Source of the DNA: Bacteroidota bacterium
GTDB taxonomy: Bacteria; Bacteroidota; Bacteroidia; Bacteroidales; FEN-979
Reading direction: 5' to 3'
Assembly (NCBI GenBank): GCA_026391735.1
Contig: JAPLDL010000016.1
Location: 865 to 64,864 of the forward strand
DNA length: 64,000 bases
Part shown: positions 29,576 through 39,080 of the stretch, in pieces
How the letters are laid out: each line of letters starts with the position of its first letter
Position numbering within the stretch: position 1 is the first letter of the stretch
Translations under genes and position numbers: made by a program
The notes under the pieces: generated by a model
Databases searched by the model: none
Told to the model about the DNA's origin: nothing
What the model saw: only the letters and a program-made list of their open reading frames with translations

Positions 29576-32500
29576 TTATTTGGATTTCCCTTTTGCAGCA
29601 AGCTCTTTCTTTTCCTTACGGCGTTTCTGGTACATCAGGATATCATAGGCCACCGGAGTTGCATTGAACACCGATGAATAGGTCCCTGAAATAACCCCGA
29701 TAAGAAGTGCAAATGTAAAGCCGCGGAGAACCTCGCCACCGAAGATAAAGATCACGATCAATACGACCAACGTAACACCCGAAGTATTGATAGTACGTCC
29801 GAGGGTTGAATTGATAGCTGCATTGATGTTGTCGGCGAGATCGCGTTTAGGATATAATGCCCTGTATTCACGGATCCTGTCGAAGATGATAACCGTATCC
29901 ATGATGGAATACCCGATGATGGTAAGAAGGGCAGCAATAAATGACTGGTCAACTTCCATGCTGAATGGAAGGATTCCATGGAACAGAGTGAACATCGTGA
30001 TGATGATCAATGTATCATGGAAAAGTGAAACCACACCTCCTATACCAAACTGCCAGTTCTTGAACCTGATGGCTATGTAGATAAAGATGATGAGCAGCGA
30101 GCATAAAACGGCACCTACGGCCTGCCAGATCAGTGCATAACTTATCGTGGGGTCAACACGCTGAGAACTCATCTCCCCGATAGCTTTCTTAGGATCGGAT
30201 GCCTTGAATTCCTTGTTAGTGATCGGGGTTTTATAAAATCCCTTAACACCTTCGAAAAGTCTCAGATTAACCAATGAGTCGGCCTGCTGTGTGCGGTCAT
30301 TGATCAGGTATTTAGTCGTGATCTTGACCTGGGTGGAAGGTCCGAAGGTTTTCACTTCAGGATACTCCTTGAAGGTTTTGCCAAGGGATTCGCGCAGATT
30401 AGAAGTATTTACAGGTTCATCAAAGCGAACAACATAGCTTCTTCCTCCGGTAAAATCAAGGCCGGGATCAAGTCCGCGGACAAATATCGAAATGATACCA
30501 GGGATAATGATGGCTATTGAAAGGATATACATCTTATACCTTAGTCCTATAAAATTTATCTTGATATTCTGGAAAGCATTCTGGCTCCATTTGTAACCTG
30601 TTGTGATGGTCATGTTCCTGTCAAGCATCCATTCGAAGAGGAGTCTTGCCAGAAAGATTGAAGAGAACAGGGAGAGGAGCAGACCGATGACCAGGGTCGT
30701 TGCAAAACCCTGGATTGGGCCGGAACCGAAGATGTATAGTACAATACCGGTTAATATCGTTGTTACGTGACCGTCGATGATAGCCGAAAGAGCATGATGG
30801 AAACCGTCTTTCACAACCAGCCTCATGCCTTTTCCAGCACGCATTTCTTCTCGCATACGTTCATAAATGATCACGTTTGAGTCGACCGCCATAGCAAGTG
30901 TCAGAACAATACCGGCGATACCCGGGAGGGTTAGAACTGCGCCGATAGAAGCAAGAACACCGAACAGGAAGAACACGTTTGCAAACAGGGCAACGTCGGC
31001 TACGTGACCTGCACCCCTGTAATAAAGTGACATATAGAGCAGAACCCCGATAAATGCAATGATGAAGGAGATCAGACCTGCATTGATGGATTCTTTACCC
31101 AGTGAAGGGCCTACCACTTCTTCCTGAACAATACGGGCCGGGGCCGGGAGTTTACCGGCTTTAAGGATGTTTGCAAGGTCCTGTGCTTCTTCAACCGTCA
31201 TACTGCCTCCCGTGATGGAAGACATTCCGTTGGGGATCTCTCCATTCACATTCGGATAGCTGTAAATATAACCATCGAGTACAATGGCGATCTGTTTGCC
31301 GATATTATCACCGGTGAGGCGTTTCCAGATACGTGCACCTTCCCCGTTCATGGACATTGAAACTTCAACACGCCCATTCTGGTCATAATCCTGCCTGGCG
31401 CCAACTATTACGTCTCCACCCAGGGCGGGAGATCCGTCACGGGATGTAACCTTAAGAGCAACCAGTTCAAGGATGTCCTTTGCTTCGTCCCTCGGCTTAA
31501 CAGTCCAGGCAAGTTTAAGATCCCTTGGGAAAAGATGTTTTACCAGTCGGAGCATGTAATTTACCTTGGCTGTATCTTTGATCATGGCCCTGCCAACCAT
31601 AGCCGTCTGACCTGCCTGGTATTGCCCGTCTTTTGTCTGATAGATCGCCATGGCAAGAACTGCAAACAAAGGATTGTTCTTCATCCATTGTTCACTCTCG
31701 GCTTTCTTGTTCATGGCAGAGGCTTTGGTAGTATCCTTGCCCAGCTGCTTCAGCAGGGCATTTCCGCCTGTTGTGTCTTTTTTTGCGCTGTCTTTTTTAA
31801 CAACGGCATTTTTGGCAGGAGTCTTTTCTGTAGTTTTCTTTGCTGCCAGCGTCAGCTTGTTGTTGATAGCTTTTGCCGTACCTGCAGAATCGATTTTTGT
31901 TGAATCCGTTTTCAGGGTATCACTGCCGGTTTGCATGATGGCCGAAAGCTTTTTATTTGCTTCCGTAAAAAACGGGTGAAGTTGTGTAAACTGGTAGGTT
32001 TCCCAGAATTCAAGCTGGGCTGTCCCCTGCAAAAGTTTACGCACACGTTCAGGATCCTTGATACCCGGTAATTCGATAAGGATGCGGCCTGCCGTCTGGA
32101 GTTTCTGAATGTTCGGCTGAACAACCCCAAAACGGTCGATTCGGGTTGTGAGAATATGATAAGTCCTGTCAATGGCGGCATTCGTCTCATCCCGAATGAC
32201 TTTGATTACCTCAGCGTTGGTTGTATTGAAATTAACCCTGTCTTTCAGCTCAACAGTATTGAAAATGGCTGCAAGCTTTGCATTGGCGTCGGTCTGCTTG
32301 AACGATTCGGCAAAGAGGTCCACAAAATCAGCTGTACTGTTCTTTTCTTTCTGGATAGCGAGCTGGAGAGCCTTGTTGAAGGTCGGATCCTGGCTGTAAC
32401 CCGAAAGGGCGCGGATCACCTCAGGTACCGAAACGGCCATGGTAACATTCATACCGCCTTTGAGGTCAAGACCAAGGTTGATTTCACGTTCCCTGACATC

Positions 32501-32782
32501 CTTGAGTGTGTATTTCTTGAGGAGGATATTATATACATCCATACCTGCCATCGAATCGTTGAAATATTCATTCCTGGACCGGATCACCGAATCGGTGATA
32601 TATTCCAAACGGGCCTGATCGCCCTTGGCAAGTTTTACTGCCAGTTCTTTCCCGGCCGGGGCGTTGGCGTAATCTTCAGCTTTGACCGAGTAACGGTAGC
32701 TGATAAAAGTAAACGACAACTGGAACAAACAAACTAAACCGAAAATGATCGCAAAAAGCTTGATAGCGCCTTTATTCTGCAT
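29576..32782 (-). CDS. secDF: protein translocase subunit SecDF (fusion)
   Basis: 1068 aa. SecD periplasmic domain with two 6-TM SecD/SecF blocks (GPSLG...; LDFTGG...) and a low-complexity K/T/A-rich insertion. Confidence 0.95.
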   Translation of the reverse strand: MQNKGAIKLFAIIFGLVCLFQLSFTFISYRYSVKAEDYANAPAGKELAVKLAKGDQARLEYITDSVIRSRNEYFNDSMAGMDVYNILLKKYTLKDVREREINLGLDLKGGMNVTMAVSVPEVIRALSGYSQDPTFNKALQLAIQKEKNSTADFVDLFAESFKQTDANAKLAAIFNTVELKDRVNFNTTNAEVIKVIRDETNAAIDRTYHILTTRIDRFGVVQPNIQKLQTAGRILIELPGIKDPERVRKLLQGTAQLEFWETYQFTQLHPFFTEANKKLSAIMQTGSDTLKTDSTKIDSAGTAKAINNKLTLAAKKTTEKTPAKNAVVKKDSAKKDTTGGNALLKQLGKDTTKASAMNKKAESEQWMKNNPLFAVLAMAIYQTKDGQYQAGQTAMVGRAMIKDTAKVNYMLRLVKHLFPRDLKLAWTVKPRDEAKDILELVALKVTSRDGSPALGGDVIVGARQDYDQNGRVEVSMSMNGEGARIWKRLTGDNIGKQIAIVLDGYIYSYPNVNGEIPNGMSSITGGSMTVEEAQDLANILKAGKLPAPARIVQEEVVGPSLGKESINAGLISFIIAFIGVLLYMSLYYRGAGHVADVALFANVFFLFGVLASIGAVLTLPGIAGIVLTLAMAVDSNVIIYERMREEMRAGKGMRLVVKDGFHHALSAIIDGHVTTILTGIVLYIFGSGPIQGFATTLVIGLLLSLFSSIFLARLLFEWMLDRNMTITTGYKWSQNAFQNIKINFIGLRYKMYILSIAIIIPGIISIFVRGLDPGLDFTGGRSYVVRFDEPVNTSNLRESLGKTFKEYPEVKTFGPSTQVKITTKYLINDRTQQADSLVNLRLFEGVKGFYKTPITNKEFKASDPKKAIGEMSSQRVDPTISYALIWQAVGAVLCSLLIIFIYIAIRFKNWQFGIGGVVSLFHDTLIIITMFTLFHGILPFSMEVDQSFIAALLTIIGYSIMDTVIIFDRIREYRALYPKRDLADNINAAINSTLGRTINTSGVTLVVLIVIFIFGGEVLRGFTFALLIGVISGTYSSVFNATPVAYDILMYQKRRKEKKELAAKGKSK

Positions 32783-32881
32783 AAGGGTTAAATTTAATTG
32801 AGATAATTAGTATCTAATTTTTTGAGGGTGCAAAATTAGAAATTTTCCCGGAAATATAAAAGAGGTAGGGTGAATTATATT

Positions 32882-33304
32882 TTACTTGAAACTGATCGTC
32901 CCTTTTGTCGCACCCGGAGGAAGCTTTAACAGGATGAATTTCTGCCAATGGTTATAACTGTTTTTATCTGCTGTCTCCTGCTTGTCTGCCCACTTTATAG
33001 TAAACTTTGTATCGTCGTTTACGACCAGGTTCTTTGTCCCTTCAAATTTCTCTTCCGTAATGGTCGTCATGGCCCAGTACCCGATTGTGTCCCGGGAGGA
33101 GATCTTATCAAAGACCAGGCGCTCCCCGCCCTGGCCTATGGTAAACCAGCCTGTTGTCATCCAGTATCCCCCATCAGAAACATAACGGCACATGGCAACA
33201 TAGATCTGGGCATTATGGTTGTTTTTAAAAGTGATCTGCGGATGTCCCTCTGCCAGGATGAACAGGAAGGAACACAGGATAAGCATTCTGAACATTGGCT
33301 TCAT
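32882..33304 (-). CDS. hypothetical secreted protein (possibly DUF1036-like)
   Basis: 140 aa with a signal peptide. The weak YVAMCRY...GGYWMTTGWFTIGQG pattern is reminiscent of DUF1036. Its start overlaps the upstream gene by 4 nt. Confidence 0.5.
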   Translation of the reverse strand: MKPMFRMLILCSFLFILAEGHPQITFKNNHNAQIYVAMCRYVSDGGYWMTTGWFTIGQGGERLVFDKISSRDTIGYWAMTTITEEKFEGTKNLVVNDDTKFTIKWADKQETADKNSYNHWQKFILLKLPPGATKGTISFK

Positions 33305-33873
33305 GAATTTTTGCCTAAAGGTATTGAAAGTTTCTTCAGGATCTTAAGCCCTCTGTTTTTAAAACCCGGAGTTTCCTCATTAAGCCTGTATTCTATGCAA
33401 TCGGCAAGTTCTTTTCTGAGTTCCGGCTCATCCAGTGATATAGTGTAAAGGATTTCCATGCAATAAACTTTAACTGCAGGAGGCTGAACCGGAGACAATA
33501 ACCACTCAAAACAAAGGCCAAGAAGGCTCCCCAAACACAGAGCAGGAACAGGGAACCTTGATAAGATATGCAGGGAGTGTCTTCTTAAAGCATCATGATT
33601 GAACAAGGGCAACAAATCAACGATCCTTTCAAGATGTGTTTCTATTATGCCAGGGTTTTCTATTGAATATAGGTCAATTGCCCAGACTATTCTGCGGCTG
33701 CAAGGTTCTTCATTGGCTAAGTAAATGTCAATAAGCTCATTATGCCATTCAGGATGGGTTCTTATGATGTCAAGCAGGCGATCGGTATGATTTCTGCCCC
33801 GGGAGGAGTTGATTATCTTTATCAGCTCTTTCCTGAGGGGACAATCCAGTTTATGATCTGGTCTATAGTTCAT
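33301..33873 (-). CDS. hypothetical protein (helical-repeat-like)
   Basis: The ORF is open. ATG at 33873 (MNYRPDHKLD...) is preferred because the upstream extension is low-complexity and hydrophobic. No family recognised. Confidence 0.45.
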   Translation of the reverse strand: MNYRPDHKLDCPLRKELIKIINSSRGRNHTDRLLDIIRTHPEWHNELIDIYLANEEPCSRRIVWAIDLYSIENPGIIETHLERIVDLLPLFNHDALRRHSLHILSRFPVPALCLGSLLGLCFEWLLSPVQPPAVKVYCMEILYTISLDEPELRKELADCIEYRLNEETPGFKNRGLKILKKLSIPLGKNS

Positions 33874-34033
33874 TGCGATGAAATTGAATCTGTAACACGA
33901 CCCGACACCAAATTTACAAACAAAATATAAAATCAGTGAAAGTTGTTTTACTTTTGCAATAAAATTGAAACTTAAGTGATTTACATTGAGTAAAAGAAGC
34001 TGAAGTAACTGACTTACAATAAAACTTTGAATC

Positions 34034-35425
34034 ATGAAAATAAAGTATAGTGATCTCATTGAACAGACATTCGAGTTCCCGCAACCGGAGTTTCAAGTCA
34101 TTGATAATGAATTATATTTTCATAAAGTTCCCCTGATGGATATCATTAAGCAATATGGTACGCCGGTAAAGATCACTTATCTTCCAAAAATCAGTCAGCA
34201 GATCCAGAAAGCAAAACGACTGTTTAATGTTGCGATGGCAAAAGTTGATTACCAGGGTGACTACCACTATTGCTATTGCACAAAAAGCAGTCATTTCAGC
34301 TTTGTCCTTGAAGAAGTCCTCAAGAACGATGTCCACATTGAAACCTCATCCGCCTTCGATATGCCTATTGTTGAAGACTTATTCAGAAGGGGTTTGATTA
34401 AAAAGGAAAATTATATCATCTGCAACGGGTTCAAACGTCCGCAATACATAGAGCATATTTTAAGCCTCGTAGAAAACGGCTTTACCAATACTATTCCGGT
34501 ATTGGACAGCCTGCTTGAGATTGATAAGTTCGAGTCGCTGCTTAAAACCAAAATGAAAGTAGGAATCAGGATCGCCTCGGAAGAAGAACCCAAGTTTGAT
34601 TTTTATACTTCAAGGTTAGGCATCAGATATAACGATATTATCCCGTTTTACATGGACCGGCTCAGGAACAACGCAAAGTTTGAACTTAAAATGCTTCATT
34701 TTTTTATTAATACCGGGATAAAAGACACCGCTTACTACTGGAATGAATTGAATAAATCGGTCACTGTTTACTGTGAACTGAAGAAAGTGTGCCCCGAGCT
34801 CACAGGCCTGAATATAGGAGGAGGTTTCCCGATCAAGAATTCCCTGGAATTTAATTATGATTATGAATACATGGCCGAGGAGATCACAGCCCAGATAAAG
34901 AACATCTGCGAGAAAAACGAAGTTCCGGAACCGGATATTTTCACTGAATTCGGATCATTTACTGTTGGTGAGTCAGGAGCTATCATTTTCAGCGTGGTGG
35001 ACCAGAAGAAGCAAAACGACCGTGAGGCATGGGATATGATTGACAGCTCCTTCATTACAACACTTCCCGATACCTGGGCTATCAACCAGAAATTCATCCT
35101 GCTGGCCATAAACAACTGGGACTTGGAATATGAAAGGGTTTTTCTTGGAGGACTGACCTGCGATAGCGAGGATTATTACAATGCAGAAGGTCATACCAAT
35201 GCTGTATTCCTTCCGAAATTTTCGCCTGATCCGCCACTGTATATAGGAATGTTTCATACCGGAGCCTACCAGGAATCTCTCGGAGGTTACGGAGGGATCC
35301 AGCATTGTCTTATCCCTGCCCCTAAACATGTGCTGATTGACCTCGACGAAAATGATGAAACCTATACCAAGCTCTTCTCCAAAGAGCAGAGTTATAAATC
35401 AATGCTTAAAGTTCTGGGGTATTGA
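34034..35425 (+). CDS. speA: PLP-dependent arginine decarboxylase-like enzyme (short SpeA type)
   Basis: 463 aa, alanine-racemase-fold decarboxylase pattern (YCTKSSHF..., NIGGGFP, GGLTCDS, FHTGAYQESLGG). It resembles the short Bacteroidetes arginine decarboxylases. Confidence 0.8.
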   Translation: MKIKYSDLIEQTFEFPQPEFQVIDNELYFHKVPLMDIIKQYGTPVKITYLPKISQQIQKAKRLFNVAMAKVDYQGDYHYCYCTKSSHFSFVLEEVLKNDVHIETSSAFDMPIVEDLFRRGLIKKENYIICNGFKRPQYIEHILSLVENGFTNTIPVLDSLLEIDKFESLLKTKMKVGIRIASEEEPKFDFYTSRLGIRYNDIIPFYMDRLRNNAKFELKMLHFFINTGIKDTAYYWNELNKSVTVYCELKKVCPELTGLNIGGGFPIKNSLEFNYDYEYMAEEITAQIKNICEKNEVPEPDIFTEFGSFTVGESGAIIFSVVDQKKQNDREAWDMIDSSFITTLPDTWAINQKFILLAINNWDLEYERVFLGGLTCDSEDYYNAEGHTNAVFLPKFSPDPPLYIGMFHTGAYQESLGGYGGIQHCLIPAPKHVLIDLDENDETYTKLFSKEQSYKSMLKVLGY

Positions 35426-35470
35426 TTAACTTTGCAGCAGGAAATAAGAATTCATTAAAATCAGCATATT

Positions 35471-36505
35471 ATGCCAGTAAAATCGAAACAAAAGAAAGAA
35501 TACCTCAGGGATGTGATCAGGCATGTTGATATCAAATCGTTTGATTCAACCCCGATCATTGATTCTATGAGGGATATGTCGTTTACTTCCAGGGACACTG
35601 CTTCGGCAGCCGATATCCTGAACAGGATGATAAAAGACAAGGGGTGCGTTATTTTTCTTACAATTGCAGGAAGCACAAGCTCAGGCGGGTGTATGCAGGT
35701 ATATGTTGATATGGTCAGGAATAAAATGGTTGATGCGATAGTTGCTACGGGGGCCAGTATCGTGGATATGGATTTCTTCGAGGCCCTTGGTTATAAACAT
35801 TACAAAGGGATCCCAACAGCCGACGACAAAGATCTCAGGAAGCATTACATCGACAGGATCTATGATACTTATATCGATGAAGAGGAGCTTCAGCATTGCG
35901 ATATGACGATCAAGAAAATCGCTGACACGCTGGAGAAGAGACCTTACTCTTCCAGGGAATTCATTCGTGAAATGGGAAAATGGCTGGTAAAGCATTCAAA
36001 AAAGAAAGACAGCCTGGTGCAGGTAGCCTATGAACATAATGTTCCCATTTTCTGTCCCGCTTTCAGCGATTCAAGTGCAGGATTTGGCCTGGTTTCACAC
36101 CAGTGGGAGAATCCGAAATCACATGTCTCCATTGATTCTGTGAAAGATTTCCTTGAACTTACAAAAATAAAGATGGCTTCAAAATCCTCGGGACTTTTTA
36201 TGATCGGCGGAGGTGTACCTAAAAATTTTGTTCAGGATACCGTTATCTGCGCCGAGGTGCTTGGTAAAGAAGTCGGAATGCATAAGTATGCCGTCCAAAT
36301 AACCGTTGCTGATCCACGCGATGGGGCATGTTCAAGTTCAACACTTAAGGAAGCTTCTTCCTGGGGCAAGGTCGATACAGTCTATGAACAGATGGTTTAT
36401 GCAGAGGCCACAAGTGTGCTCCCGCTGATCATCAGCTATGTTTACCACAAAAAAGACTGGAAAAAACGTACCAGGTACGAATGGACGAAAATGCTGGACC
36501 GCTAA
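35471..36505 (+). CDS. deoxyhypusine synthase family protein (homospermidine-synthase-like)
   Basis: 344 aa with TIAGSTSSGG, ATGASIVDMDFFEALG and GGGVPKNF blocks of the DHS fold, directly downstream of the arginine decarboxylase-like gene. Confidence 0.85.
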   Translation: MPVKSKQKKEYLRDVIRHVDIKSFDSTPIIDSMRDMSFTSRDTASAADILNRMIKDKGCVIFLTIAGSTSSGGCMQVYVDMVRNKMVDAIVATGASIVDMDFFEALGYKHYKGIPTADDKDLRKHYIDRIYDTYIDEEELQHCDMTIKKIADTLEKRPYSSREFIREMGKWLVKHSKKKDSLVQVAYEHNVPIFCPAFSDSSAGFGLVSHQWENPKSHVSIDSVKDFLELTKIKMASKSSGLFMIGGGVPKNFVQDTVICAEVLGKEVGMHKYAVQITVADPRDGACSSSTLKEASSWGKVDTVYEQMVYAEATSVLPLIISYVYHKKDWKKRTRYEWTKMLDR

Positions 36506-36523
36506 TCGTGACTCGAGAGCCGG

Positions 36524-36544
36524 CTCACGGTTCACGGTTTACGA
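36524..36544. repeat. short heptamer array (CTCACGG TTCACGG TTTACGA) between convergent genes
   Basis: Direct reading. It is preceded by a small hairpin cgtga...tcacg. Confidence 0.7.
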
Positions 36545-37921
36545 TTAGTACCGCAGCCACTTCCAAAGCTCTTTATAGGAAACTTTCTTCCCGTACATAA
36601 GAATTCCGGTGCGGTAGATCTTTGCAGCCATCCAGGTCGTGCCAAGGAAAGTGAGGACAAGCATTCCCATTGAAAGGGCAACCTCCCAATAGGGGACCCC
36701 GAAAGGTATCCTGATCATCATGGCAACAGGAGATGTGAGTGGAAATACAGAGAACCAGAATGCGATGTGGCCCGAAGGATCCTGTATAAAAAATTGCGCC
36801 ATTACCATAGAAAGGATCAGAGGTACTGTAATGGGAAGCATGAATTGCTGGGTATCGGCTTCGCTGTCCACAGCCCCTCCGATGGCAGCAAACAATGAAC
36901 CGTACATGAGATAGCCAAACAGGAAGAAAAAGATGAAAGCGCCTATCATGACCGGAAAATTCACCGAGCTGAGGGCTTCAAGTACCTCGTTAACGCCTTC
37001 ATTCTGGCCTTTTTTCATCGTTGTTGAGTCAGGAACAGTCAAGTTGTCGGGATTGTATTTGGCCGCATTCTGCATTATATTCTGCGTTGCTGTATGATGT
37101 TTTATCCCTGCCCCTGTAAAGGTTGAAGTGGCAACAGTCACTATACCAAAGGTGAGGATAACCCAGAGAAGAAATTGTGTAAGGCCTACCATTCCAACAC
37201 CTACGATCTTCCCCATCATCAGTTCAAATGGTTTTACCGATGATATGATCACCTCGATAATACGGTTTGTCTTCTCTTCGATCACCCCCCGCATCACCTG
37301 TGATCCGAACATGAAAATGAAAAAGTATATCAGGATGCCGGCAAACATTCCCAGTACCATACTGATCTCAGTATAACTTTTTTCTTCTTTCCCTTCATCG
37401 GTGATCTTGATGGTATTGACATCAATCACCGTTTTAACCGATCTCAGGATATCTTCCACGTTAAGAGGATTCTTCTTATCGGTTTGCAGGTCCTTAAGCT
37501 TGGCTTCCAGCTTCATGTCCTCGACCTGTTTGGTCATAACATTCCTGATATAGCTGATAATATTTATCGATACATTGCTTTCCCCATACAAAATAGCATT
37601 GGTTGGTATGCTTACCTCGGTTTTGGGTATGAACAGCAAAGCATAGTCCCCGCTTTTCCTGAAATTGGTTTTTGCCGATCCGATATCGCTGAGCAGATAA
37701 TGAAATTTTATGTTGTCGGTATCTTTGAACTTTTCGTAGAATAAGCCTGTCTGGTCGATTACAGCCACAGTCTTCATCTCATTTCCCCTGGTTGCCATGT
37801 AAACAGGCACAATTACGATAGCCGCCATCAGCAATGGCCCCAGGATAGTCATAACGAGGAAGGACTTTTTTCTGACCCTGGTCAGGTATTCGCGTTTGAT
37901 GATCAGAATAATTTTATGCAT
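36545..37921 (-). CDS. ABC-2 type transporter permease (NatB-like)
   Basis: 458 aa with an N-terminal TM helix, a large extracytoplasmic loop and five C-terminal TM helices. It is coupled to the upstream ATPase with a 1-nt gap. Confidence 0.8.
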   Translation of the reverse strand: MHKIILIIKREYLTRVRKKSFLVMTILGPLLMAAIVIVPVYMATRGNEMKTVAVIDQTGLFYEKFKDTDNIKFHYLLSDIGSAKTNFRKSGDYALLFIPKTEVSIPTNAILYGESNVSINIISYIRNVMTKQVEDMKLEAKLKDLQTDKKNPLNVEDILRSVKTVIDVNTIKITDEGKEEKSYTEISMVLGMFAGILIYFFIFMFGSQVMRGVIEEKTNRIIEVIISSVKPFELMMGKIVGVGMVGLTQFLLWVILTFGIVTVATSTFTGAGIKHHTATQNIMQNAAKYNPDNLTVPDSTTMKKGQNEGVNEVLEALSSVNFPVMIGAFIFFFLFGYLMYGSLFAAIGGAVDSEADTQQFMLPITVPLILSMVMAQFFIQDPSGHIAFWFSVFPLTSPVAMMIRIPFGVPYWEVALSMGMLVLTFLGTTWMAAKIYRTGILMYGKKVSYKELWKWLRY

Positions 37922-37922
37922 A

Positions 37923-38861
37923 TCACGTTTGCAGAATTGGTTCGGAATTCTTTTCAGTCACAACCCGTATAAATATATCGTTCATGCTGGGAATCAGTTC
38001 GATAAAGGAATGCAGCACAACCGAGGGCAATAAAGCTGAGATAAGCTTATTGGGTGTGTCATCAGCCGGGATCCTCACATTGGCCATCCTTAGCTCATGG
38101 TCATTCCATTCTTTAATAATGATGAAGCCGGATGGCAGGATGGTTTCAAGACTTCCATGATAGTTATTGTATGCGATCTCAAATGTATTTGTCTTATATG
38201 CCTTTTTAATATCCCTGACCGGTCCGTCGAGAACAACCCTGGCATTATTGATGAGGGCAATATGATCGCAAAGCTCTTCCACCGAAGCCATATTATGAGT
38301 CGAGAAAATCACGGTGGCACCTTTATCTTTTTGGGCAATGATCTCATCTTTAAGCATGCTGGCATTGATAGGATCAAACCCGCTGAAAGGTTCATCGAAG
38401 ATCAGCAGTTTGGGCTCATGTATGATCGTGATCAGGAACTGGACCTTCTGCTGCATCCCCTTTGACAGTTCTTCAACCTTTTTATTCCACCAGGAACGCA
38501 TCTCAAATTTTTCAAACCAATAAACCAGTCTTTTATGTGCCTCCTGCTTGCTGAGCCCTTTCAATTGGGCCAGGTACATGGCCTGTTCGCCGACTGTCAT
38601 TTTCTTGTACAGTCCCCGTTCCTCAGGCAGATAGCCGATAGTATAAATATCATTTGGCTGAAGCTTCCTGCCATTAAAAAACAACTGGCCTTCATCGGGA
38701 GCAATGATCTGGTTAATGATCCGGATCATCGTCGTCTTACCGGCTCCATTGGGACCAAGCAATCCGAAGATGCTCCCTTCAGGAATAGCAATATTGACCC
38801 TGTCGAGGGCCAGATGGCCGGAAAACTGTTTAGAGATGTTTAGGGCAGAAAATATATCCAT
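37923..38861 (-). CDS. ABC transporter ATP-binding protein (NatA-like)
   Basis: Walker A GPNGAGKTT, signature LSKGMQQK and Walker B LLIFDEP. Confidence 0.9.
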   Translation of the reverse strand: MDIFSALNISKQFSGHLALDRVNIAIPEGSIFGLLGPNGAGKTTMIRIINQIIAPDEGQLFFNGRKLQPNDIYTIGYLPEERGLYKKMTVGEQAMYLAQLKGLSKQEAHKRLVYWFEKFEMRSWWNKKVEELSKGMQQKVQFLITIIHEPKLLIFDEPFSGFDPINASMLKDEIIAQKDKGATVIFSTHNMASVEELCDHIALINNARVVLDGPVRDIKKAYKTNTFEIAYNNYHGSLETILPSGFIIIKEWNDHELRMANVRIPADDTPNKLISALLPSVVLHSFIELIPSMNDIFIRVVTEKNSEPILQT

Positions 38862-38882
38862 TGGGCGTATGAGGTTGTTTGT

Positions 38883-38924
38883 GGGATGTGGGATGTCAGA
38901 TGTGAGATGTCGGATGTGAGATGA
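38883..38924. repeat. heptamer tandem array NNGATGT x6
   Basis: gggatgt gggatgt cagatgt gagatgt cggatgt gagatga. It forms the left arm of an inverted pair with 39043-39070. Confidence 0.9.
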
Positions 38925-39042
38925 TCGGATTTAAAGGTGAAACATATATTTCGCGTCATTAGACGAGGCTTGTTTTGGTAAGTTACATCAATTTTAATCC
39001 TGCATCCTGCATCATTTACAGGCGTGCAATATATCTTCCAGT

Positions 39043-39070
39043 ATCTGACATCTGACATCCGAGATCCGAC
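39043..39070. repeat. heptamer tandem array ATCYGAS x4 (inverted relative to 38883-38924)
   Basis: atctgac atctgac atccgag atccgac. Its reverse complement gtcggat ctcggat gtcagat gtcagat matches the left array. Confidence 0.9.
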
Positions 39071-39080
39071 ATCTTCAAAC

